Virus record (IMG/VR): IMGVR_UViG_3300020204_000006
Source of the DNA: a virus
Length of the DNA stretch: 64,000 nt
Direction: 5' to 3' (one strand)
Made by a program: the position numbers and the translations under genes. Shown here one piece after another: positions 16,531 to 25,030 of the stretch. The notes under the pieces are model-generated. The model saw only the letters and a list, made by a program, of their open reading frames with translations. It had not been told where the DNA came from and ran no database searches. Each line of letters opens with the position of its first letter. Positions within the stretch are counted from its first letter, which is position 1.

Positions 16531-18810
16531 ATGGCAAAGAAAACAGAACAACAAATTAGTAGTGATTCGCTTAAGGACCAGAAAATGATTAATTCTGCCG
16601 TTGTAAATATGCCTCTAACAAAAGCTGCTCAGTATATGGGCGGTAGTGCATCTACCATATTTACTCAGCCCATGTTCTTTTCTCCGCTTCACACGCCTCA
16701 AAGTTGGCAAATTGCAAGCAAGAGAAAAGAAGTCTACCAGTGGTCTAGGTTCTATTATGAAAATGAACCAAAAGCTGCGGCAGGAATAGACTTTTACGCA
16801 GGCTTCCCAATGAATGGTTTTACTTTGGAATGCAAGGACAAAAAAGTACTTGCATTCTATGAGCATTTAATAGATAAAATAAATTTGAGTTATTGGTTTA
16901 GAAAAATATCTCACGAATATTTTTTACTTGGAGATGTGTTTGTTTTTACTGAAGTTGACTGTCCTCATTGCGGTGGTCATGGCGTTTTACCGGATGGCCG
17001 TCAGTGCAACCATCCTGATGGTACATTCAAGAGAATTCTTATTTTAAATCCTGATTTCATAGAAGTAAATAATTCTCAGCTTGCAGAAAAACCAACAATT
17101 GCTCTTATTCCTGATGATGATTTAAAGAAAGTTGTTCAACACAAAAAGCCCAAAGAAGTATATGAGAATATACCTCAAAACGTAAAAGACATGATATCTT
17201 CTGGCGCTGCCATACCTCTTTCATCAAGATGTGTGTCTCATTTGAGACACAAAGGCTCTCCTTACGGAGTCTATGGAGAGAGTCTTCTAAGAAGACTGTT
17301 TATGGTAATAGCATATAAAACCAAGCTGATGACAGCTAATTGGATAATGGCTGAAAGGCACATTCTTCCAATAAGAATAGCAAAAGTTGGAAATGATAAT
17401 CGTCCAGCTAGCGAATACGACATAGCTGATGTTCAGAGTCAACTTGCCTCTGTTGCAAATGACCCAAACTTGACAATAGTTACTCATCATGCTTTTGAAT
17501 TAATACACGAAGGTGCTACTGGAAAGATTCACGATATTGCTTCTCAGCTTGAGTACGTTGGTAAAGAAATGCTTGATGGACTGATGTTGAATCAGGGTCT
17601 TCTTAATGGTGAGCTTGCCGGGTACAGTAGCGTTGCCATAGGCGCAGAAACCATGATACGTAGACTTGAAACTTGGCGTCAAGAGCTTGCTGAATGGTGT
17701 GAGAAAAATATATTTCTTCCTATAGCACAGATGCAGGGTTTTGTTGATGTTTCTAAGTCTGAAATGATTAACGAAACAGTTTATCTTTATCCCAAGGTAA
17801 AGTGGAACGATCTCAAGCTCAGAGACAATAGTCAGTATTTGCAGAGTCTTTCGCAGCTTCACGACAAGGGTATAATATCAACACAAAAACTACTACAAGA
17901 ATTTAATATAGATTACGATCAAGAGATTAATAGAATAAGAGAAGAACAAATAGTCAGTGGTAAGGGAGGTCTTGTTCAGCAAGGGGCTGGTGGCGGTGGT
18001 GGTGGATTAGATCTTGGTATGGGCGGCGGTGGCCTTGATCTTGGTTTAGGTGGTGGAGGCGCACCTGGAGGAATGCCAGGAGATATGGGTCTTGGTGGAT
18101 TGGACATGGGAGGTGGCGCTCCGATGGGAGGTGCTCCCGCAGGAGGTGCTCCCGCAGGAGGTGCTCCCGTAGGAGGTGCTCCCGTAGGAGGTGCTCCCGT
18201 AGGAGGTGCAGTTGCTTCTCAAGAAGAATCTTTAAATTTGATAAAAGAAGCTCAGCAGCAACAGGGTATTAATCCAGATTTTAGAGTTTATAAAAAAGGT
18301 AAACAACCTAAAAAGGAAAACATAAAAGACCAGAAGGATCAAAAGCTTGCTCCAATATATTTGACAAAACCTGAACAAAAATTATATAATATAATTTCTT
18401 CTTTAAAATTGCCCTATAGAGTATTTGCTCAATACAAACAGGCAATACCAGGCCAAACGAATCCCTATCTTTTAGATTTTGCTATTCCTGACCTTGGTTT
18501 AAACCTAGAGGCTGATGGTGATTTTTGGCATTCTGATCCAGAAAGTATACAAAGAGATAAGGAAAGAGACTATAGACTCGCATCTATGGGGTGGAGAGTA
18601 ATTAGATTAAGAGAGGACGCACTTAATAATAGGGCAGATGTTTGCGAAACTATCATTAGAAATAATATACAAGATATTATTAATGAGAAAATGAAAAAAA
18701 GGTCTAATTCAGATGAAAATGAAATTATTATTAAGATATCATCCAATGATATGAAGGATGATATAGTAATAATTAAGAATTCTTTTGAATATGATCAAAA
18801 TAGCGGCTAA
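16531..18810 (+). CDS. Portal protein with Zn-finger-like insertion, Gly/Pro linker and C-terminal DUF559/Vsr-like endonuclease domain
   Basis: Position between terL block and protease/capsid; portal-like features (GDVFVF, ILILNP, PYGVYGESLL, PIRIAKVG, ISTQKLLQEFNIDYDQE); C-terminus PEQKLY..YLLDFAI..LEADGDFWH..RDKERDYRL..GWRVIRL. Confidence 0.85.
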   Translation: MAKKTEQQISSDSLKDQKMINSAVVNMPLTKAAQYMGGSASTIFTQPMFFSPLHTPQSWQIASKRKEVYQWSRFYYENEPKAAAGIDFYAGFPMNGFTLECKDKKVLAFYEHLIDKINLSYWFRKISHEYFLLGDVFVFTEVDCPHCGGHGVLPDGRQCNHPDGTFKRILILNPDFIEVNNSQLAEKPTIALIPDDDLKKVVQHKKPKEVYENIPQNVKDMISSGAAIPLSSRCVSHLRHKGSPYGVYGESLLRRLFMVIAYKTKLMTANWIMAERHILPIRIAKVGNDNRPASEYDIADVQSQLASVANDPNLTIVTHHAFELIHEGATGKIHDIASQLEYVGKEMLDGLMLNQGLLNGELAGYSSVAIGAETMIRRLETWRQELAEWCEKNIFLPIAQMQGFVDVSKSEMINETVYLYPKVKWNDLKLRDNSQYLQSLSQLHDKGIISTQKLLQEFNIDYDQEINRIREEQIVSGKGGLVQQGAGGGGGGLDLGMGGGGLDLGLGGGGAPGGMPGDMGLGGLDMGGGAPMGGAPAGGAPAGGAPVGGAPVGGAPVGGAVASQEESLNLIKEAQQQQGINPDFRVYKKGKQPKKENIKDQKDQKLAPIYLTKPEQKLYNIISSLKLPYRVFAQYKQAIPGQTNPYLLDFAIPDLGLNLEADGDFWHSDPESIQRDKERDYRLASMGWRVIRLREDALNNRADVCETIIRNNIQDIINEKMKKRSNSDENEIIIKISSNDMKDDIVIIKNSFEYDQNSG
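18127..18201 (+). repeat. 5 x 15-nt tandem repeat GGAGGTGCTCCCG(C/T)A encoding GGAP(A/V)
   Basis: Two units with GCA, three with GTA, in frame in the portal linker. Confidence 0.95.
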
Positions 18811-19204
18811 AAGAATTAAGGACAGAAACATTTCATGGAAAGAGATGTATTCTGAAAGAACACAGCCATTAAAAAATAGATATGAATCTGAATTGGGCAA
18901 TGGCTCCTATTACAGATGGGAGGGTCACGACTACACAACAAATAGTGATTATTATGTTGTTTGTTCTCCAGCAAGAACTAAGAATCTTGATAAGATGTAT
19001 TTTGCTGGGATTAAAAAACTTCCGCCAATATACAAAAGAAGTATCACAAAAGTTTATAGTCCCTACGGAAAATATTTTCAAAATATTGTTTCAGCATTGA
19101 CTTATCTAAATAAAAAATATAATGTACCGTTTCCAAAAAATCAATTTAATTATACTATTCTTCATCTTCAAAATGTGGAAATTCCAAGAACTGTAAAGGC
19201 GTAA
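18785..19204 (+). CDS. Hypothetical basic, aromatic-rich protein
   Basis: 139-aa ORF between portal and protease genes. Confidence 0.7.
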   Translation: MNMIKIAAKRIKDRNISWKEMYSERTQPLKNRYESELGNGSYYRWEGHDYTTNSDYYVVCSPARTKNLDKMYFAGIKKLPPIYKRSITKVYSPYGKYFQNIVSALTYLNKKYNVPFPKNQFNYTILHLQNVEIPRTVKA

Positions 19205-19214
19205 CGAATGGAAA

Positions 19215-19324
19215 AAAGATCAATTAATTTTAATCCTTCTTAAATTGGAGTCCTCAATGTGCCTCAGCAAAAGATCAATTAATTTTAATCCTTCTCAAAT
19301 TGGAGTCCTCAATGTGCCTCAGCA
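19215..19324 (+). repeat. 55-nt tandem direct duplication with one mismatch (19215-19269 / 19270-19324)
   Basis: AAAGATCAATTAATTTTAATCCTTCT(T/C)AAATTGGAGTCCTCAATGTGCCTCAGCA occurs twice head-to-tail. Confidence 0.97.
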
Positions 19325-22300
19325 TTGGGAAGAGTTTAATTTAAATTCAATAATAAAGTCTGCAGCACTAAATGAAGAAAACAAAAATGGATCTTTTGAG
19401 GATTTTGATCTCAAAGAAGCAATAAATAAAAATCCAGAACATCTTTTTGTAAAAGTTTTTGCAATAAAAGAAAATGAGATGAATGACAACGGAGATTTCT
19501 TTTCAAAAGAAGAGCTTCAAAAAGCCGCAAAAACATTTATTGGTGTTCCTGTTTTCGTAAATCATCAAAATGATGATATAGAAAAAGCAAGAGGCAAAGT
19601 TGTTCACGCATGGTACGATGAGTCAAAAGGCGGTATTTACACCATAAACATGGTTGATAAAATTGCCTATCCAAGACTTGCTCGTGGCATAGAAACTGGT
19701 GTTATAACAGGTACTTCAATGGGCTGCAGTGTTCAGCATTCTATTTGTAGTGTTTGTCACAATCAGGCTTCTACCGCTAAAGATTTTTGTTCTCATATAA
19801 AAGAGAGAAAGAAAAAGAAGTTTTCTGGTGAATGTGAATGCGAATATCATAAAAATGGCAATTATGACGTGTGTCCATTATGTGGCGGGAAAAAAGGTGA
19901 AAAGAAAAAGATAAAGCATAAAGACCAAACTATATATGAGCACAACTATGGTGTTAAGTTTATAGAAGACAGTTTTGTTGTAAATCCTGCATGTCATGAT
20001 TGTCTTGTGGCTGAAATCCTAAATTCAGACGGCATTAATAAAAAGGTTGCAGAACTTTCTGAATCTATAACAAAACTAGCATCTAGCGTTCCTGTAAACG
20101 AGCAGAGTCATATTTGCGAAAATGGGATGTGTTCTTTAAGAAAGGTTGCTGGAGTTTCGGAAATAAACGAGTTAAATCAGGCTATGAATTTAATGGAGAG
20201 AGTTGCTCGTTCACTTATGGCCCAAAAAGAAAGAGTTAGCCTAGAATATGTTAGTGATATTGTTAAAACATTGGCCGATGTTCAAAAAATATCAGACGAA
20301 CTTATAGAAATGGGTTATGCCAAATTGCCAAGTCCAAGTGTTCATGATGCAAGCGTTGGCACTAGTTCTGCTGCATCTCCAATAAATAAAGAAAGAATAG
20401 GGCAACTTTCTCCATCTCCCGCTGCAATGCAAACATTTCCTCAGCCTGCAATTCAGCAGGCAATTCAGCCAAAACCATCTCCTCAGCCTGCTCCTAATAC
20501 TGTATCTCCTATGGAAACATCATATGGAGATGATGTTGGAAGGGTTGTAAAACCAAATATTTCTCCAAAAGGTGCTAATTCAAGGGAGGAATTTACAAAA
20601 ATATCAGAAAATTTAATTAACAGTCTACAGTCTGTTTATTCTAATGGGAATCTAATAAAAAATCAAATAACAAATATGTCAGATCAAATCTTAAATAACA
20701 AAATCGTCCAAATAGACAGAGATAATCTATCTGTTATTATTTCTGCTGATGGCGATGGTGAAATAAAAATTGCTGAATGCAGAGACGGAAAAATTATGAA
20801 GTTGTCTGATATAGACTTATTTGATTCTGAAATGCAGGATCTCATAAGGGGCAATTCTGCTAAGGCAGCAGAATTGATTATTGAATCGATGATAGGTAAC
20901 AAACAGGAGATTAAGGAATCCATGGAAAACAATGAAAATATAAAAATAGCTCAGTCAAAAGATACTATTACCGAAAATCAGCTTAATGGCTCTGACCTAA
21001 AGCTCCATCCAAGATGGAAAGAGGGAGAGCATTACACTGCCATTACCGAAAGTTCTGAGCAGCTTGGAGCAAAGTCTCCTAAGTCCAAAGATGTTTCCAG
21101 TGATTCTCCACAGGTTAGAAAAGGAACATATTCTGAAATTACCGAGCTACAGCTTGCTAACAACAAGAATGGTTTCCTTGCTCGTTGGGGAGATTTTCCA
21201 ACCGTTATTACCGAGGGTCAATGGACAGAAATGTCTAGAGAAGTCTTTGCAAAAATGCCTTCTGATTGGACTAGTTACGTCCAAACAGGTCAACTTGATT
21301 CCTTAAGAGACTCTCATAGCTGGAAAGAGCCAACTGTTGTCACCGAATCTCAATTAAGAGGCTCTTCCAAGAAAACTGCATCTTCTGTAAATGAAATGCT
21401 TAAGTCTGCATCCGAAGCTGTTGTTGATTCAATCGTAACTTATGGTCTTTCTGGAGAACAACTTAAGAGAGTTGTTGCTTTTGTAAAAAGCAATCCACAC
21501 AATCACCTCAAAGCTTCTTATATGACTCTTGTAAATTCTGCTCCATGGACAGTTGATATGAGACAGGATGTAAATGCCAAAAATAGATTCTTTAAGAAGG
21601 CCAGCTCATCAGATATGGATCCTGTTGATTCTTTCATAGGTGCCATGTCTGACAATATCGGTTCTCACAGGGCAGAAGATTTTATAGATGCTGTTAGTTT
21701 CATAGTAAATGACAGTAGTGCTTGGAAGGTTGCAAACGACAAGGCCGAAGAAAGAGTTGCTAGCATTAACAGTGAAGATGAAATATCTTCCAAAGAAGAT
21801 ATCTTTAGAAAGGCATTTGCAGAAAATGAGCTTCCAGAAGATGGAATGTTTAAGGTTTGCTGCACAATCAAGGATGATATTGGAATAGATCCATCTGACA
21901 ATAAGAATTTCTTGAAAGCCGTATTTGCTTTTGCTCAAGATTCAGTATCTGACAGATTTGGAGATATAGACATAATACCAGTAAATGTTGATATAGATGA
22001 GGAGAACGGTCTTGTTGAATGCACTGCCAAGCAGGCATCAATGCTTGATGATTCCGAGCTTGAAGCTTGGAATAAGGTCGCTTCTTCCTTAAATGAAGAA
22101 TCATCAGAGTCTGAAGATTCTGACATGGTAAGAACTGCTTCTTCTGATAACTCAAACTCAAGAAGAGCTCGTATACTTGATGAGCTTGATAGGCTTGAAA
22201 AGCAGGCTCAGCTTGCTGGTGGTCAGATGCCAACGGCTCTAAATCCAGCTGGTATGGGTGCTGGAATGCAAATTCCTGGTGCTGGTGCTCCTGCTGGCGC

Positions 22301-25007
22301 ACCTCCAATTGAATCCTTAACAGCTGGTTCTCCTGCTGGTGGTGCTGCAGATCCACTTTCCGGTTTAGACATGGGCATGGATGATAAAAAGTCTGATGAC
22401 GAAGAAGAAAAAGCCAAGCCTGGTGCAGGGTACCCCATGCCTGCTGCAGCTGTTTGCGTAATTTGTGGAAACAATGATGTTGATGTTGGTGGTGGTAAGG
22501 CTAACTGCAAAGGTCCAGGATGCGGAGCCAACTATACAATTAAGGTTGTTCCAGATGCATCTTTGCTTGACAAGATAATGGATGGGGACATTGATGATAG
22601 CGATACTAAGCCAAATTCTTCTTCTGACGTTGAAAAGGGTCTTGGAGGAGAAGGTCCTGCTGGTCCAGCTCCTGCAATGCCTCCAATGGCAGCTACTGCA
22701 AAGCTTAAGGTTGACACTCTCAACAAAATAGCTAAAAAGACTCCATTTGGTTCAATAAGTCCAGTTACTGGTAGTAATAATACCATGAAGGTTGGTGGAA
22801 GTACGTGGAAGTGCCTTGACAGTGGTCAAGAATACATAGTCCGTGTTGCTGCCGATTCAAAAGATCCCAAATCTGTTTGGGCTCAGTGGGAATGGATACC
22901 TGAATTTAAGCGCGTTGAATGCTCTTCTTGCTCTAGGAAAAAGGCAAACTTTGTCAATAATCTTGGAAAAATGGGTATTAGTGAAAGCACATTTGATTCC
23001 ATGAATCTTAATGACAAATCTTCTGTTATACTTGCAATGAAGGAAAAGGGACTTTTGAATGAAACAAAAGTAGCATTCAATTCAGAAGACTCAAAGAATG
23101 TTCTTGGTCTATTCAAGGCAGCTTTCTCCACAGGAAATAAATTCCCAATGGAAACATGCCTTGAAAAACTTGCAAGAAGATTTGGCGAGGATGCAGTATC
23201 TATGAGTGGACCATGTGAGGGTAAGAATCTTGCTGATTGCGTTTGCTCTAGTCTTGCTAATGAAAAAATGTATTCAACAGGTCTTGCGAATAAGATTGCT
23301 TCTATATGGGTTGAAAAAGAAGCTGGTTCTGAATGTATAGAAGATTTTGTAAGAGAGGGAATGACAATAAAGCAAGCTTCTGCTTCTTGTGAGCAACTTA
23401 GAAACAAGTATATATCTGAAGAGGAGTTACTTGCTGAGGAACTTACAAGAGTCGCTACCGGAGACATGATGGTTGCCGAAGATGCTGTAGCAGAATCAGA
23501 CCCTTTTAGCTCAGAAATGGGATCTTCAATGGATTCTGATATGTCATCTTCTGACGAACAGAATTCTGGTTCTGTTGATCTTGACATTCATATGTCAGAC
23601 GCCTCACTTGAAAATCTAGAGAAGAGCCTTAAGGAAGTTCTTGATGCATTAGCTCCTCTAACAGATGGTTCTGACGATGGATCAAAAACAGAAGATGTTT
23701 CTGAAAATACTTCAGAAGAATCTGAGCATGTTGAAGACTCTATGGACTCAGAAGAAGATGATTCTATAATGGATGAAATCCCTGATGCAAATGCAAATAA
23801 TGAAGAAATGATGTCAGAAGACAAGGATGCTGCTATGTTAAAGCATGCTCCAGAAAGTATGGTCAAGGAAGAGGGAGAATATGCAATGAAAGAGTCAGAG
23901 TCACTTGGCGAATCTCTTAAGAGAGGTCGCATTGTGGGCGTAAACAAGATTAACCTTGATGTTTCCAAGCTTGCTCAGGCATTGAGCAAATCTGCTGGCG
24001 ATAAGAAGGTTCAACTTTCTAACGCTCAGGATCAATCTGAAATAGGAACTATTTCTTCTGGTAAGGCTCTTAAATCTGAGCATGGAGAAGGCTTTGATGC
24101 AAAGGGTCCCAAAGTTCCTGGTGGTCATGGCAAGGCTCTAAAGTCAGAGCATGGTGATGGCTTTGACGATACTGCTTACCCTGAAGTTCCTGTTAATGGT
24201 CCAGCCTTGGAGGGCGAGTCTGAATATAAGCCTGAAAAGGGTAATATGATGACTGGCGGTCAAAACGGAAGTGGTTCTTCTTCAACTGGCAAGTACCAGA
24301 TGACAAGAAGTGCTTTTGAAGAAAGTCTTGCTAAGCTTGCCAAGGAGATGTCTCTTTCTGTAAATATAGTACAGGAAGATCCATCTATACAGCCAGTAAA
24401 GGGCAAGGACTCATTGACCGTAGATGGATTTGATCCAGTTGAAAATGGTGGCAAGCCTCTCTCAAGTGAGCATGGCGAAGGTTTCAATGCAGAAACCCCA
24501 TCAATTCCAGCTGGTGAAGGTTCTATGGGTCACGAAAAGGAAATGGGATTAACTCCAGAAAAACAAGAACAAATAACCGGTGGTCAGCTTGGGGCTGGCT
24601 CATCGACTAAGAAGAGTAATAAACCGAAGACTGCAACTGCTTCTAGCAGTAAAGAGTCCAACGAGTCAAGCAAAGATGCCGCAATTAAGCTTGCAGGTAA
24701 AATGGTAGAGAGTAAAATAATCTCTTCCAATGATCTTCCAAGTAAGATTGCTGAACTTGAGAGATATGAAGTATCTCAGATCAGAGACATTGAAAAAGCA
24801 ATGTTTAGGCAGGCTAGCGTGGCTCAAAAGGGACTTGTGACGGCTTCCAAGGGCGTAGAGCGTCCTCTGGTTATCGGTGAGACAAGTAGCAACAGGAACG
24901 GTTATACGGATCTCCGTTCAAAAATATCTTCTCTATTCAGTCTGCAACATCAGGTAGATGCTGCAGAGGAGACAGATAATGTTCAGATTAGGAAAACGTT
25001 TAAATAA
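19245..25007 (+). CDS. Very large prohead protease/scaffold-like head protein (start uncertain: ATG 19257, or ATG 19208 if the duplication is an artefact)
   Basis: N-terminal NDNGDFF..FIGVPVFVNH..ARGKVV..ARGIETGVITGTSMG resembles HK97/assemblin-type prohead proteases (His and Ser motifs); long acidic and Cys-cluster regions; gene order portal-protease-decoration-capsid. Confidence 0.7.
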   Translation: MESSMCLSKRSINFNPSQIGVLNVPQHWEEFNLNSIIKSAALNEENKNGSFEDFDLKEAINKNPEHLFVKVFAIKENEMNDNGDFFSKEELQKAAKTFIGVPVFVNHQNDDIEKARGKVVHAWYDESKGGIYTINMVDKIAYPRLARGIETGVITGTSMGCSVQHSICSVCHNQASTAKDFCSHIKERKKKKFSGECECEYHKNGNYDVCPLCGGKKGEKKKIKHKDQTIYEHNYGVKFIEDSFVVNPACHDCLVAEILNSDGINKKVAELSESITKLASSVPVNEQSHICENGMCSLRKVAGVSEINELNQAMNLMERVARSLMAQKERVSLEYVSDIVKTLADVQKISDELIEMGYAKLPSPSVHDASVGTSSAASPINKERIGQLSPSPAAMQTFPQPAIQQAIQPKPSPQPAPNTVSPMETSYGDDVGRVVKPNISPKGANSREEFTKISENLINSLQSVYSNGNLIKNQITNMSDQILNNKIVQIDRDNLSVIISADGDGEIKIAECRDGKIMKLSDIDLFDSEMQDLIRGNSAKAAELIIESMIGNKQEIKESMENNENIKIAQSKDTITENQLNGSDLKLHPRWKEGEHYTAITESSEQLGAKSPKSKDVSSDSPQVRKGTYSEITELQLANNKNGFLARWGDFPTVITEGQWTEMSREVFAKMPSDWTSYVQTGQLDSLRDSHSWKEPTVVTESQLRGSSKKTASSVNEMLKSASEAVVDSIVTYGLSGEQLKRVVAFVKSNPHNHLKASYMTLVNSAPWTVDMRQDVNAKNRFFKKASSSDMDPVDSFIGAMSDNIGSHRAEDFIDAVSFIVNDSSAWKVANDKAEERVASINSEDEISSKEDIFRKAFAENELPEDGMFKVCCTIKDDIGIDPSDNKNFLKAVFAFAQDSVSDRFGDIDIIPVNVDIDEENGLVECTAKQASMLDDSELEAWNKVASSLNEESSESEDSDMVRTASSDNSNSRRARILDELDRLEKQAQLAGGQMPTALNPAGMGAGMQIPGAGAPAGAPPIESLTAGSPAGGAADPLSGLDMGMDDKKSDDEEEKAKPGAGYPMPAAAVCVICGNNDVDVGGGKANCKGPGCGANYTIKVVPDASLLDKIMDGDIDDSDTKPNSSSDVEKGLGGEGPAGPAPAMPPMAATAKLKVDTLNKIAKKTPFGSISPVTGSNNTMKVGGSTWKCLDSGQEYIVRVAADSKDPKSVWAQWEWIPEFKRVECSSCSRKKANFVNNLGKMGISESTFDSMNLNDKSSVILAMKEKGLLNETKVAFNSEDSKNVLGLFKAAFSTGNKFPMETCLEKLARRFGEDAVSMSGPCEGKNLADCVCSSLANEKMYSTGLANKIASIWVEKEAGSECIEDFVREGMTIKQASASCEQLRNKYISEEELLAEELTRVATGDMMVAEDAVAESDPFSSEMGSSMDSDMSSSDEQNSGSVDLDIHMSDASLENLEKSLKEVLDALAPLTDGSDDGSKTEDVSENTSEESEHVEDSMDSEEDDSIMDEIPDANANNEEMMSEDKDAAMLKHAPESMVKEEGEYAMKESESLGESLKRGRIVGVNKINLDVSKLAQALSKSAGDKKVQLSNAQDQSEIGTISSGKALKSEHGEGFDAKGPKVPGGHGKALKSEHGDGFDDTAYPEVPVNGPALEGESEYKPEKGNMMTGGQNGSGSSSTGKYQMTRSAFEESLAKLAKEMSLSVNIVQEDPSIQPVKGKDSLTVDGFDPVENGGKPLSSEHGEGFNAETPSIPAGEGSMGHEKEMGLTPEKQEQITGGQLGAGSSTKKSNKPKTATASSSKESNESSKDAAIKLAGKMVESKIISSNDLPSKIAELERYEVSQIRDIEKAMFRQASVAQKGLVTASKGVERPLVIGETSSNRNGYTDLRSKISSLFSLQHQVDAAEETDNVQIRKTFK

Positions 25008-25030
25008 TTTAATTTGAAAGGAATTAAATC

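Noticed and set aside
18127-18201. Possible CRISPR-like repeat array
   Set aside because: Units are contiguous 15-mers without spacers, in frame in the portal linker; no cas genes. The 55-nt duplication likewise has no spacer
21609-24487. Cluster of antisense ORFs up to 234 aa opposite the 1920-aa gene
   Set aside because: Ser-rich mirror translations of acidic GAA/GAT codons; no SD or terminator; entirely nested
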